A stretch of 64,000 nucleotides of DNA from Prosthecobacter sp. (GCF_034366625.1 NZ_JAXMIH010000012.1:29358-93357); one strand, 5' to 3'; numbered from the stretch's first letter, positions 27,514 through 38,700 are shown. Program-made: numbers and translations. The notes: generated from the letters alone by a model not told the origin.

Positions 27514-28182
27514 TCACAGCAAATCCGGCCGGTTGGTCCGCGTGCGTTCGAGCGCTTGCTGCGCCCGCCATTCGGCTATTTTGGCGTGATTCCCGCTGAG
27601 CAGCATGTCCGGCACTTTCATGCCGCGATATTCTGCCGGTTTCGTGTATTGCGGCGCCTCCAGCAGACCGCTGGCACCGAAGCTTTCCTCCACCGCGCTC
27701 ATCTCATCCCCCAACACACCGGGCAGCAGCCGCACGATGGCATCCATGACCACCACGGCAGCAATGGCACCGTTCGTCAGCACGTAATCGCCGAGGCTGA
27801 TCTCCTCATCCACCCAGTGCTCGATGATGCGGTGGTCGATGCCCTCGTAATGACCGGAGAGGAAGATCAAATGCGGTTCTGCGGAGAGTCGTCTTGCCGT
27901 GGCTTGATCGAAGCGCTTCCCGGCCGGTGAGAGGTAAATCACCCGTGCCTCTGGCGTGTCGAGCCGGTCCAGCGTTTCAAACACCGGCTCAGGACGAATC
28001 ACCATTCCCTGTCCGCCGCCATACGGTGTGTCGTCCACGTGACGGTGCTTCCCCAGACCCTGCTCGCGCAGATCATGCACCCGCAGATCCAGAATCCCCT
28101 TCTCCTGCGCACGTCCCATCATGCTCAATCTCATCGGGACCGAGACGAGCTCTGGAAACAGCGTGACCACATCAATTTGCAT
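27514..28182 (-). CDS. trmD: tRNA (guanine37-N1)-methyltransferase
   Basis: [53 protein letters not shown]. Confidence 0.97.
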   Translation of the reverse strand: MQIDVVTLFPELVSVPMRLSMMGRAQEKGILDLRVHDLREQGLGKHRHVDDTPYGGGQGMVIRPEPVFETLDRLDTPEARVIYLSPAGKRFDQATARRLSAEPHLIFLSGHYEGIDHRIIEHWVDEEISLGDYVLTNGAIAAVVVMDAIVRLLPGVLGDEMSAVEESFGASGLLEAPQYTKPAEYRGMKVPDMLLSGNHAKIAEWRAQQALERTRTNRPDLL

Positions 28183-28250
28183 GCCTGCGTTATGCCGCAG
28201 CCTTTCCAGCCCGGCAAGCGCGGCATTCTTTCCGCAACCGGGAATGCGCC

Positions 28251-28278
28251 TTGACGCTTCGGGCCGCACTTCTACTAT
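28251..28278 (+). promoter_or_regulatory. Putative sigma-70 promoter of sucC
   Basis: TTGACG-N16-TACTAT, ending 24 nt before the ATG at 28302. Confidence 0.6.
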
Positions 28279-28301
28279 CGCCGCTCCCCCATTTCCCCGC
28301 C

Positions 28302-29486
28302 ATGAACATCCACGAGTATCAAGCCAAGCAACTGTTTGAAAAATTCGGCGTCGCCAGCCCCAAAGGCATCGTCGCCAGCACGGCGGAGGAAGCAGGAGCC
28401 GCAGCTCGCGAGATCGGTGGCACAGGACTGGTGGTCAAAGCCCAGGTGCATGCCGGCGGTCGCGGCAAAGGCACGTTCAAGAACGGCTTCAAAGGCGGCG
28501 TGCATCTCGTGAACACGCCCGAAGAAGCGCAGGACATCGCCGGCAAGATGCTTGGCCAGACGCTCGTCACCCATCAGACCGGCCCGGAAGGCAAGCTTGT
28601 GAGCAAGGTGCTCATCGCGAAGTCGGTGGACATCACGAAGGAATACTACTTCGCCATCCTGTTTGATCGCGGCACCAGCAGCCACGCCATCATCGCCTCC
28701 ACCGAAGGCGGCATGAACATTGAAGAAGTCGCTGAGAAGACTCCGGAGAAGATCAGCAAGGAGTTCGTTCACCCGACCCTCGGCTTGCAGGCCTACCAGT
28801 GCCGCAAGATCGCCGCGTCACTCGGTTTGCGCGGTGCGCTGATGAACCAGGCCGTGAAGCTCTTCACCGCGCTGTGGAATCTCTACCTGAAGGCCGACTG
28901 CTCCCTCGTGGAGATCAATCCGCTCGCCATCACGACCGACAATCAGGTCGTGGCCCTCGATGCGAAATTCAACTTCGACGACAATGCGCTTTACCGTCAG
29001 AAGGAAGTCACCGCCATGCGTGACACCACCGAAGAAGACCCGCGCGAGGTCGCCGCAAGCGAGTTTGGCCTCAACTACATCGGCCTCGACGGCAACATCG
29101 CCTGTCTCGTCAACGGTGCTGGCCTCGCGATGAGCACGATGGACATCATCAAGTTCCACGGCGGCGAACCCGCCAACTTCCTCGACGTCGGCGGCGGCGC
29201 GACGAAGGAACAGGTCACCGCGGCCTTCAAAATCATCCTCGGCGATCCCAAGGTCGAAGGCATTCTCGTCAACATCTTCGGCGGCATCATGGACTGCAAC
29301 ATCATCGCCACCGGCATCATTGCCGCCGCACAAGAGACGCATTTGAATATCCCGCTCGTCGTCCGCCTCGAAGGCAACAACGTCGAAGCCGGTAAAGCCA
29401 CGCTCGCCTCCAGCGGCCTCAAAATCACCAGCGCCAGCGATTTGACCGACGCCGCGAAGAAGATCGTGGCTGCGGTGAACGCATGA
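28302..29486 (+). CDS. sucC: Succinyl-CoA ligase (ADP-forming) beta subunit
   Basis: [66 protein letters not shown]. Confidence 0.97.
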   Translation: MNIHEYQAKQLFEKFGVASPKGIVASTAEEAGAAAREIGGTGLVVKAQVHAGGRGKGTFKNGFKGGVHLVNTPEEAQDIAGKMLGQTLVTHQTGPEGKLVSKVLIAKSVDITKEYYFAILFDRGTSSHAIIASTEGGMNIEEVAEKTPEKISKEFVHPTLGLQAYQCRKIAASLGLRGALMNQAVKLFTALWNLYLKADCSLVEINPLAITTDNQVVALDAKFNFDDNALYRQKEVTAMRDTTEEDPREVAASEFGLNYIGLDGNIACLVNGAGLAMSTMDIIKFHGGEPANFLDVGGGATKEQVTAAFKIILGDPKVEGILVNIFGGIMDCNIIATGIIAAAQETHLNIPLVVRLEGNNVEAGKATLASSGLKITSASDLTDAAKKIVAAVNA

Positions 29487-29534
29487 TGAGGCACGCCAGA
29501 CGCCGGGTTCTGCCCTGAACCCCGCAAACAAGTT

Positions 29535-29576
29535 TGAAAACCCGATTTACGGCAGCGTGAATCGGGTTTTCATTTG
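29535..29576 (+). terminator. Strong hairpin, probably the (bidirectional) terminator after sucC
   Basis: TGAAAACCCGATT-tacg-gcag-cgtg-AATCGGGTTTTCA: 13-bp perfect arms plus a 4-bp inner stem, followed by TTTG. Confidence 0.7.
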
Positions 29577-29580
29577 CAGC

Positions 29581-30051
29581 ATGGCCAGCATCACCACCGA
29601 AGAACTCCTCGCTCATACCCAATGGCTTGAAAGCGGGGGCAAGAATGGACGCAAGATCGATGAGACCGGCATGAACCTCGCCGGTGCCACTCTCAATGAT
29701 CTCAATCTCGCCAAAGGGCAGTTTGTCGGCACCACTTTCACCAAGGCGAACCTCGCGGGCACCAATCTGTCCGGTGGTGATTTCAGCGGGGCCAATCTCG
29801 ACAACGCCAACCTCAGCGGAGCTGACCTGAGCGGTGCTGATCTCGGCGGTGTGTCGCTGCGCCATGCCAATCTCAGCCATGCCAACGTGCGTGGCGCGGA
29901 TCTCTCCGGCGCGAACCTGGAAGGCGCTGATTTGACGAACTCCGACTTCACCGATGCCGATCTCATCGCCGCAAATCTGACCGGAGCCATCCAGACGGGC
30001 ATGCGCCGCTCCGGTGCCAAGCTGGCGGACACACGCGGACTGATAGGGTGA
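29581..30051 (+). CDS. Pentapeptide repeat protein
   Basis: Runs of A(N/D)LSG; N-terminal EELLAHTQWLES GG. Confidence 0.92.
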   Translation: MASITTEELLAHTQWLESGGKNGRKIDETGMNLAGATLNDLNLAKGQFVGTTFTKANLAGTNLSGGDFSGANLDNANLSGADLSGADLGGVSLRHANLSHANVRGADLSGANLEGADLTNSDFTDADLIAANLTGAIQTGMRRSGAKLADTRGLIG

Positions 30052-30106
30052 GTGTGTATTGGAGTTGCAGACCGCAACATCGCTCCAGCATCGGCGTAAT
30101 TCGTTC

Positions 30107-31036
30107 ATGACTTCACGCCGCACTTTTTTGACCACCGGTATCAGCGCTCTCGCAGCGCGCAGTTTTGCTCAAACGGAAGCCGCCGCCGTGCCGGTCATCG
30201 ACATCCACCAGCACATGAACTACCACCTGCGCACGGATGAGCATCTGGTGCTGCATCAGAAGGCGATGGGCGTGACGAAAACGATCATCCTGCCCGCCGG
30301 AACCATGGTGAACCGGCCCTCGACGCATGAAGGCCGCTCCAACGGCCTCGCTGCAAAGTGTGTCGGAACCGCGTGGGCACGCGACTTCGCCCAGGCGCGT
30401 CCCGATGCTTATCTTTGGGCCTGCAACGAGGTGACAGATCTCAATTCCGCCCCGGCTGAGATCGAGATGTGGCTCAAGCAAGGTGCCTGCATGATCGCCG
30501 AGCAAAAGTTCAAGGTGGAGTGTGATTCAGCCGAGAGCCAGAAGCTCTACGAACTCGCCGCCGCCTACAAGGTGCCCATCCTCTTGCACTTCCAGCATCA
30601 GACCTACAACCTCGGCTACGAGCGCTTTCACACAATGCTGGCGAAGTTCCCCAACACGAACTTCATCGGCCATGCCCAGGCGTTTTGGGGAAATATCGAC
30701 AAGAATCATGATCAGAAGGTGAACTACCCGAAGGGCAAGATCACTCCCGGCGGCCTGACGGATCGCTACCTCGCCGATTACCCGAACATGTTCGCCGACA
30801 TGTCCGCTGGCAGCGGCCTGCTGGCCCTCACCCGCGATGAGGAGCACACCACCGCCTTCTTTCAGCGCCATCAGGACAAAGTCCTCTACGGCAGCGATTG
30901 CGCCGACCACTTGGGCCGCGGCCCCGGCTGCCAGGGCGCCGCCACCCTCGCCGCCATCCGCAAACTCGCCCCCAGCAAGGCCGTTGAGCGCAAAATCCTC
31001 TTCGAGAATTCCAAGAAGTTGTTCCGGCTGGCGTGA
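30107..31036 (+). CDS. Tat-exported amidohydrolase (amidohydrolase_2-like)
   Basis: SRRTFL Tat motif, IDIHQH, LHFQH, IGHAQ, YGSDC. Confidence 0.85.
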   Translation: MTSRRTFLTTGISALAARSFAQTEAAAVPVIDIHQHMNYHLRTDEHLVLHQKAMGVTKTIILPAGTMVNRPSTHEGRSNGLAAKCVGTAWARDFAQARPDAYLWACNEVTDLNSAPAEIEMWLKQGACMIAEQKFKVECDSAESQKLYELAAAYKVPILLHFQHQTYNLGYERFHTMLAKFPNTNFIGHAQAFWGNIDKNHDQKVNYPKGKITPGGLTDRYLADYPNMFADMSAGSGLLALTRDEEHTTAFFQRHQDKVLYGSDCADHLGRGPGCQGAATLAAIRKLAPSKAVERKILFENSKKLFRLA

Positions 31037-31221
31037 TGACCTGCCCCTGAGCCGGGCGTGCTGAACCTGTTCCAAGGTGATGAAAAGGCCAAGCACATGC
31101 CACCCATTGCTGGAACCCTCCTCCCTGCGTGGTCTGTTGCCGCTTCATCTTTTCCACAACCTGAGACGTTCGCCAGCGGCAAGACTCCTCTTCTGATTCG
31201 CGTCTCCCTGCATGCCCCCTC

Positions 31222-34200
31222 ATGCGCCGCTCTGATTCCATCTGCGTTTTCGTCCTCATGCTCTTCGGCATGAGCGTGACACAGGCGGTGGAGGCAAAGG
31301 TTCAGTTCAATCGCGACGTTCGTTCCATCCTCTCGAACAAGTGTTTTCGCTGCCACGGCTTCGATGAAAAGAGCCGCAAGGCGGACCTGCGGCTCGATCA
31401 ACGTGAAGGAGCCATCGCGAATCACGATGGCAAACAGGCTGTGGCCCCCGGAAAGCCGCAGCAGAGCGAATTGATTCATCGCATCAACACCACCGAGGCC
31501 GATGATCTCATGCCTCCGCCGGAGTCAAAACAATCGCTGACCTCCGCGGAAAAGAACATCCTGCGGCGCTGGATCGCCGAAGGCGCGGAATACGAAGCCC
31601 ACTGGTCCTTGATTCCTCCCAAACCGTCTTCCCCACCGCAGAACTCAATCGACGACTTCATCCTCGCTCGTTTGAAACAAGCAGGTCTCAAACCAGCACC
31701 CGCAGCCTCTCGCGAAACGCTGCTGCGCCGCGTCAGCCTCGATCTCACGGGCCTGCCACCGACTTTGGCGGAACTGGACGCCTTCATCTCCGACCAAGAT
31801 CCGCAAGCCTACGAGCACGCGGTGGACCGGTTTCTAGCCTCAAAGCATTTCGGTGAGCGCATGGCCGTCGAATGGCTCGACGCGGCACGCTACGCCGACA
31901 CCAACGGCTATTTCGGCGACAAGACACGCAGCCTGTGGCCGTGGCGCGACTGGGTGATCGACGCCTACAACCGCAACCTGCCCTTCGACAAGTTCACCAT
32001 CGAGCAGCTTGCCGGTGATCTGCTGCCGAACGCCACCACCGCGCAGCGCATCGCCACCGGTTTCAATCGCAACCACATGGCCAACAACGAGAGCGGCATC
32101 ATCGACGAGGAATACCGCGTCGAATACGTCGCTGACCGTCTCGAAACCACCGGCACCACCTGGCTCGGCCTCACCATCGGCTGCGCACGCTGCCACGATC
32201 ACAAATACGATCCCATCACCCAGCGTGAGTTCTACCAGCTCTTCGCCTTCTTCAACAACCTGCCGGAGCAGGGCCTCATCAAAGCCGACAATCCACCGCC
32301 GTTGCTGAGCGTGCCTTCGACAGAACAGGAGACAAAGCTGCAACAACTCACCGAGGCCAGAAAACAAGCCGAGCATGATTTCGCCCCCATGGCAGAGGCT
32401 TTGCGCCAGCAGATCGCACAATGGGAAAAAAGCCTCATACTGACGGCGTCACCGAGCGCGAAGCTCGTGACGCATCAGGATTTCAACGAGCGCATCGATG
32501 CCAGGCAGGTCGGAACGAGCTTCGAGTATCCCAGCGGCATCCTCGGCCAGTCGGCCAAGTTCGATGCCACTCAACATGCCGAATGGGACGGTCAGTTCGA
32601 TGCCGATGCCGCCTGGACCATCGGTGTGTGGCTGATGGCGGACACTTCGCTGAGCTGCGTGCTGTCCAAGATCGAACCGCAGGGCAATCGTCGCGGTTTC
32701 GAGGTGATCTGGCAGAAAGGCCGCTTCCAGATCAACCTAGTGAACCGCTGGGGATCGAAAGCCATCGAAGCCGTCACCGTGGAACCCGTCTCAGCGAAAA
32801 AATGGCATCATCTGGTGCTCAGCTATGATGGCTCACGCAAAGCCGCGGGCTTGAAAGTGTTCCTGAATGGCAAGCTGGCCGCGTTGAACCTCTTGAACGA
32901 CACGCTGGATGACTCCTTCGCCAACACGGAACCGCTGCGCATCGGCCGACGCGATTCTGGACTCGGTTTCTACGGCCAGCTTGATGAGTTGCGTGTCTTG
33001 CAACGCACCACGACTGCTGAGGAGGCCGAATCGTGGTTCTGGAGCGAGCGGCTGCGTGGCATCATCGCCCAACCCACCGCGAAACGCAGCAGTGCTGACG
33101 CGACATTGCTTCAAGATTACTTTGTCGATCATCAAGCTGATGCCACGACGAAGGGGTCACATCTGCGCGTGCAGAAAGCGAAACAAGCCGAAGCCGCTCT
33201 GCGCGAAAGCATTCCCACCACGCTGGTGATGCAGGAGATGGACAAGCCGCGCACAGCTCATGTGCTGACTCGCGGCCAGTACGATCATCCGACCGATCCA
33301 GTACAGCCGGGTGTGCCAGTGGCCTTGTCAGCGTGGCCTGCAAACGCGCCGAAGAATCGTCTCGGCTTCGCCAAGTGGTTGGTCTCGCCCGACAATCCGC
33401 TCACAGCACGCGTGGCGGTGAATCGGCTCTGGCAGCAATGTTTTGGCGAAGGACTCGTGCGCACCGTGAATGACTTCGGCTCGCAAGGTGAAGCACCGAC
33501 ACATCCCGAACTGCTCGATTGGCTGGCCCTGCGCTTCATGCAGAGCGGCTGGGATGTGAAGGCGCTGCTCAAGCTCATCGTGATGAGCGCAACGTATCAG
33601 CGGAGTTCACAGTTCTCCGTGCGTGATCCCTCCAACCTGTTGCTCGCACGCGGCCCCTCCTTCCGCCTCAGCGCCGAAATGGTGCGCGATCAAGCGCTCG
33701 CAGTCTCGGGTCTGCTCGTGCCGCACATCGGGGGGCCAAGCGTGCGGCCCTATCAACCGCCCGGCCTGTGGGAGGCGGTGTCTTACAACGGCGAGGAAAC
33801 TTATGTGCCCGATACCACTGACGGCCTGTGGCGGCGCAGCCTCTATTCTTTTTGGAAACGCCAGTCACCGCCCCCGGCCCTGCTCACCTTTGACAGCCCG
33901 ACGCGTGAAAAATGCACCGTGCGCCGCGCCCGCACCAACACACCGCTGCAAGCGCTCGTGCTGCTCAATGACGAGACCTATGTTGAAGCTGCACGCGCTT
34001 TGGCGGCGTGGACACTGAGCAACCAAGGCGTGGACGAGTCACGACTGACCATTGCTTTCCGCCGTGTGACCTCCCGCATGCCTGCGGCGGATGAGATTCA
34101 AACACTCACAACAATGCTGCGCTCACAACGCACGCGCTTTGCCGCTCATCGTGAGGAAGCAAGCAAACTCATCGCCATCGGCGCTTCCAAGCATGGCCGC

Positions 34201-34284
34201 GACCTCGATCCCGTCGAGCTGGCCGCCTGGACGGTGACGCTGCACGCGCTGTTCAACCTCGACGAAACCATCACCCGCCGATGA
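31222..34284 (+). CDS. Planctomycete-type cytochrome c with DUF1549, LamG-like and DUF1553 (PSD1) domains
   Basis: CFRCHG, CARCHDHKYDP, HFGERMA..WLD.ARYADT, LTARVAVNRLWQ, THPELLDWLA, TNTPLQAL. Confidence 0.93.
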   Translation: MRRSDSICVFVLMLFGMSVTQAVEAKVQFNRDVRSILSNKCFRCHGFDEKSRKADLRLDQREGAIANHDGKQAVAPGKPQQSELIHRINTTEADDLMPPPESKQSLTSAEKNILRRWIAEGAEYEAHWSLIPPKPSSPPQNSIDDFILARLKQAGLKPAPAASRETLLRRVSLDLTGLPPTLAELDAFISDQDPQAYEHAVDRFLASKHFGERMAVEWLDAARYADTNGYFGDKTRSLWPWRDWVIDAYNRNLPFDKFTIEQLAGDLLPNATTAQRIATGFNRNHMANNESGIIDEEYRVEYVADRLETTGTTWLGLTIGCARCHDHKYDPITQREFYQLFAFFNNLPEQGLIKADNPPPLLSVPSTEQETKLQQLTEARKQAEHDFAPMAEALRQQIAQWEKSLILTASPSAKLVTHQDFNERIDARQVGTSFEYPSGILGQSAKFDATQHAEWDGQFDADAAWTIGVWLMADTSLSCVLSKIEPQGNRRGFEVIWQKGRFQINLVNRWGSKAIEAVTVEPVSAKKWHHLVLSYDGSRKAAGLKVFLNGKLAALNLLNDTLDDSFANTEPLRIGRRDSGLGFYGQLDELRVLQRTTTAEEAESWFWSERLRGIIAQPTAKRSSADATLLQDYFVDHQADATTKGSHLRVQKAKQAEAALRESIPTTLVMQEMDKPRTAHVLTRGQYDHPTDPVQPGVPVALSAWPANAPKNRLGFAKWLVSPDNPLTARVAVNRLWQQCFGEGLVRTVNDFGSQGEAPTHPELLDWLALRFMQSGWDVKALLKLIVMSATYQRSSQFSVRDPSNLLLARGPSFRLSAEMVRDQALAVSGLLVPHIGGPSVRPYQPPGLWEAVSYNGEETYVPDTTDGLWRRSLYSFWKRQSPPPALLTFDSPTREKCTVRRARTNTPLQALVLLNDETYVEAARALAAWTLSNQGVDESRLTIAFRRVTSRMPAADEIQTLTTMLRSQRTRFAAHREEASKLIAIGASKHGRDLDPVELAAWTVTLHALFNLDETITRR

Positions 34285-35687
34285 ACCTCGAACTGACACG
34301 CCGGCAACTGTTTGGCAGAGCCTCCGCAGGCATTGGCGGCGCGGCGCTGGCTACGCTGCTGGGAGAGGGCCGTAGTTTCGCCGCGCCGCACTTCGCACCG
34401 AAGGCGAAGCGTGTGATTTACCTCTTCATGCACGGCGGGCCGTCGCAGCTCGATCTGTTTGACCACAAGCCCGGTTTGAAAAAGCTTCACGGCCAGGAGT
34501 TCCCCGCCTCCGTGCTCGGCGATCAGCGCCTCACCGGCATGACGAGCGGGCAAAAATCCAAACCCGTCACCGCTTCGCTATTTGATTTCAAACAGCATGG
34601 TCAATCCGGCGCGTGGATGAGCGAACTGCTGCCGAACATGGGCCGCGTGGCTGACGAACTGTGCCTCATCCGCTCCATGAACACCGAGGCGATCAATCAC
34701 GATCCCGGCGTGACCTTGCTGCAAACCGGCCATCAGCAGCCAGGCCGCCCGAGCTTCGGTGCCTGGGCCAGTTATGGTCTTGGCAGCGAAAACGCGAGCC
34801 TGCCAGCCTTCGTGGTGCTCATCTCACGCGGCAGCGCGGCACGTCCCGCTGATCCGCTTTATGCACGACTGTGGGGTTCCGGCTTTCTGCCATCGAATCA
34901 TCAAGGCGTCAGCTTCCGTAGCAGCGGCGATCCCGTTTTATATCTCTCCAATCCGCCTGGCATCGACTCACAGTCGCGTCGTGAACAACTCGATGCCATC
35001 CAGGCGCTCAACCGCCGTCAATTCACGCAGCAGCTCGATCCCGAGATCGAAACCCGCATCGCGCAGTATGAGATGGCCTACCGCATGCAGACCAGCGTGC
35101 CCGATTTGATCAGCCTGCGCGATGAAAGCGCCGCCACCCTCGATGCCTACGGCCCGCAATCACGCGTGCCCGGCACCTTCGCGGCGAACTGCCTGCTCGC
35201 ACGTCGCATGGCGGAAAGCGGCGTACGTTTCATCCAGCTTTACCATCGCGGCTGGGACCAGCACTACAACCTGCCCAGCGACCTGCGCCTGCAATGCGGC
35301 GACATCGACCAGCCCTGCGCCGCCTTGATCAGCGATCTCAAGCAACGCGGCCTGCTGGATGACACGCTCATCGTCTGGGGCGGCGAATTTGGCCGCACCA
35401 CCTATTCCCAGGGCAAATTGGAAGCCGCCAATCACGGCCGCGATCATCATGGCCGCTGCTTTACGATGTGGCTGGCCGGTGGCGGCGTGAAACCCGGCCT
35501 CCAGTTCGGCGAAACCGACAACTTCTGCTTCAACATCGCCCGCGATCCCGTGCATGTGCATGATTTGAACGCCACGCTGCTGCATCTCCTCGGCATCGAC
35601 CACGAGCACCTCACCTTCCGCGCCGAAGGCCGCGACTACCGCCTCACCGACGTGCATGGGCGGGTGATGAAGGCGCTCATCGCATGA
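34281..35687 (+). CDS. DUF1501 domain protein (Tat signal)
   Basis: TRRQLF, AKRVIYLFMHGGPSQLDLFD, GEFGRT, GRDHH, HVHDLNATLLHLLG. ATGA overlap with the DUF1553 gene. Confidence 0.94.
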   Translation: MNLELTRRQLFGRASAGIGGAALATLLGEGRSFAAPHFAPKAKRVIYLFMHGGPSQLDLFDHKPGLKKLHGQEFPASVLGDQRLTGMTSGQKSKPVTASLFDFKQHGQSGAWMSELLPNMGRVADELCLIRSMNTEAINHDPGVTLLQTGHQQPGRPSFGAWASYGLGSENASLPAFVVLISRGSAARPADPLYARLWGSGFLPSNHQGVSFRSSGDPVLYLSNPPGIDSQSRREQLDAIQALNRRQFTQQLDPEIETRIAQYEMAYRMQTSVPDLISLRDESAATLDAYGPQSRVPGTFAANCLLARRMAESGVRFIQLYHRGWDQHYNLPSDLRLQCGDIDQPCAALISDLKQRGLLDDTLIVWGGEFGRTTYSQGKLEAANHGRDHHGRCFTMWLAGGGVKPGLQFGETDNFCFNIARDPVHVHDLNATLLHLLGIDHEHLTFRAEGRDYRLTDVHGRVMKALIA

Positions 35688-35706
35688 TCCCAGCCAAGTA
35701 GAGCCC

Positions 35707-35769
35707 AACAGGAGAAAACGAAGGAAACAGAGATCAGAAAACCCTCCGTTGCCTCTGTTATCTCGTGTT
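35707..35769. repeat. Imperfect 26-bp inverted repeat built from ~9-nt units, between convergent genes
   Basis: AACAGGAGAAAACGAAGGAAACAGAG versus the reverse complement of the right arm, AACACGAGATAACAGAGGCAACGGAG. Confidence 0.6.
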
Positions 35770-35777
35770 TAAAAACT

Positions 35778-38700
35778 CTACTTTTTCACCAGCGACTCCA
35801 AGTAATCGAGCAGGCTGGCGAACTCCAGCACCGTGAAGTTCATCATCAAGCCGGGCGGCATCATGCTCATGGGCAGCTTCTGCCGGTCTTTGATCTCGCT
35901 GGTCTTAAACGTGAACTCCTGCGCGGCGATGTTCCGCAGTTTGACCTCGCTGGCTCCTTCCAGGGTGATGAAGCCCATCTGCGCGGTGCCGTCCTTCATG
36001 GTGATCATCTCGCTGGCGAAGCCCTGGGCGATGGTTTTGTTCGGATCGAGGATGTTTTGGGCCAGATCGGGGCGCTTGTAGGTTTGGGCGATGTTGCCGA
36101 GGTAGGGGCCTTTTTGGGCTTCGGTCTCCTTCACGGTGTGGCAGGCCACGCAGGTGGCTTTGGTGAAGATTTGCTCGCCGAGGGAGATGTCACCTTTTTC
36201 CTTCAAGACGGCGGCGAGGGCTTCCTCGGGCTTCAAGGTCATGAGCTTGGGCGTTTTGTCTTCGATCTTGGTGATGCGCATGGCCTTTGCAGCACGTTCG
36301 GCGGCGCCTTTGACCTCGGCATCGGGATCATCGAGCGCGGCGAGCACTTTGGCGGCGCTGGGCATGTGCTTGGAGGCGCTGATGGCGTCGATGATGAGCT
36401 TGCGGTGCTTCGGATCGGCCCAGCCTTTGTCGAGCGCCTTCTGCGTGAGCTGGATGGACTCCGGGCTGCCCGTCTTGCGGTTCGCGAGGTTCAGCAAGGC
36501 GGCATTGGCATACATCGACACCGGCCACTCGGCCTTCTCGGCGATCTGCTCAATGAGCTGATGGTGGTTTTCGAGCTTCGGCGCGTTCAAGAAGGCTGCC
36601 AAAGCGGCATCGTAGTCCTTGCCGGAGTCGGGGAGCTTCTTGAGCGGCTCCAGGGCGGCCAAGGTGGCGGAGACGCCGTCGGCGCTGTCGGTTTTGGAGA
36701 GGGCGGTGATCGCTTGGGAGAGAGTAGTGGGGCCATTCTTGGCCCCTGCATCAGAGGGGGCAGGAATGCCCCCATTACGGACCAGCTGGACCAGCAGCGG
36801 CACCGCCTCCGCCGGAATCTCCTCCGCTCCAGCTAGCTGCGCCGCCAACTCCGGTAGCACCTTCGGGTCCTGCTTCGCCAGGTCGAGGATGCGCTGCTGT
36901 GCCTCGTTGAACTGGATGCGGTTGCGGTTCAGTTCCTTCACCAAAAAGGCGGCTTCCTCCGGCGTGGCCTTCGCCAGCGCGTCCTTCAGTGCCACGGCGA
37001 TCTTCGGCGTCTCGCTCCAGGCCTCTGGCTGGTAATACGGCCCCCGCGTGTCCGGCCGCGTGCCCCACGAATCGCCCTTCCACTCGCCATCCTTGAAATG
37101 CAGTCGGCACAGCGCCGCGAGGATTACTTTGCGATGAACCTCTGCCAGCTTGGGATTCTCAGGGGAATAAGTGCTGACATTTCTTGTTCGAGAGAGTTCC
37201 TGCAACAGTCTGTCCACCACAGCCGGGTAGTGTAATAAAGCTAACACCTCACATCCACGTGCTGGATGGTCTGAGTTGAGCGATGGAGCACCAATCAAGT
37301 CGATTTCCGTTGGAGACAGAATCACTCCGGTTGTCCCGTCATTGCCGATCTGGTTGACGAGCTTCGTAAGGTCAGCCGTGCCTTCGATGGCGTTGGCTAA
37401 TGCTCTCCGTGCTGTATGAACCACGACTGCGTCGCCGGACAACCCTTGCAATGTCCCAGCCTCGTAGAGCCACGAAATTAAGTGATCGCTCAGAGGCGTT
37501 TTGCGCTTTGTTCGAAGCTCGTTACGATGATGCTCAAAGAGCCTTGCTCCAGAAACTAAAGCCGCGATTTGCGCCCGCACATCCTTGCTCTTAATCGCAT
37601 CGGCTACTGCCTTAGCTCCGCCAAGTTGAGGAGACATTCCAACGCTATTGGCTGATGAGTTTGCCGCTGCATCTTTTTCGCTCAGGCGACGAATGAGGAA
37701 AGGCAAAAGATCGGGATCAAATTTTCCGAAGGAATATTCACTGGTGGCAGCGAACACCTTTCCATCGCGTGCGTTTGATTTGGCATCAATACTCCAAAGC
37801 GCTGCGACCCGAGACGCCAATGCTCGATTGGCATCGAGAATAACCGATGAGACCGACTCTGCCTTTTCGGAAGATTTTGGCCGCCTCATGATTTCCCTCT
37901 GCGCCTCCATCCTCCGGCGATTGCTCGCGGACTCCAGCACCTTCACCAACTCCTCATCCTTCGCCTTCGGGAAATCCGGCAGCGGCTCGGCTTTGAAGCC
38001 CTTTGGCTTCACCTGCACGATGTAACCGACATCCGGGCCGGCCCAGCCGAAGGTGGCGCCTTTCCAACTGGCGCAATAGACGCGGCTCAGGCCATCGACA
38101 TCGGCGTCGGTGGGGCGGGTCATTTTGATGAAGGGCTCGGGCTTGCGGGTTTCTTCAAACGTCGCGCCTTTGGGCTTCACCTGATGATGCCAGAGGGCAC
38201 CGCTGCCCCAATCGCAGGTGAAGGGGGCGTTGTTCCAAGCGCCGAAGCCGGGTTCGTCGATATAGACCGCGCCGGTGCCGCTGCCGCCGCCGTAGTCGGC
38301 GAGGGGCTGGATGCACTCATCGTTGAAGTTTTTGTAGAGGCGCGGGTAACCGTGGTCGTCGAGGCCGGTGAAGTGGTGGAAGCGCACGTTCCAGCCGCCG
38401 CCGTCGTTCGTGTTGTCGCGGGCGAACATGTCCATCAGCGGGCTGATGGCGACTTCGAGGATGTTGCGCGTGCCGGTGGAGTAGATTTCGAGACCGGTGC
38501 CGTCGGGCCGCACGCGGATGACGCCGCCGCCGCGATGCTGGAGCGTTTTACCATCGGTGCCGGTGGCCTTCAGGAAACCGAAGTCGCCACCCGCGATGTA
38601 AAGCCAGCCGTCGATGCCGAGGCTGAGTCCGTTCGTGGTGTGATCCGCCGGGCGATCTTTGAAGCCGTAGGCGATGCCATTGACGAGGATGTTTTGCTTT

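Noticed and set aside
29640-30000. Periodic DNA pattern as a repeat array
   Set aside because: Fully explained by pentapeptide-repeat coding.
37120-37915. DGR variable region
   Set aside because: Much longer than typical VRs, internal rather than C-terminal, and no template repeat or RT in the window.
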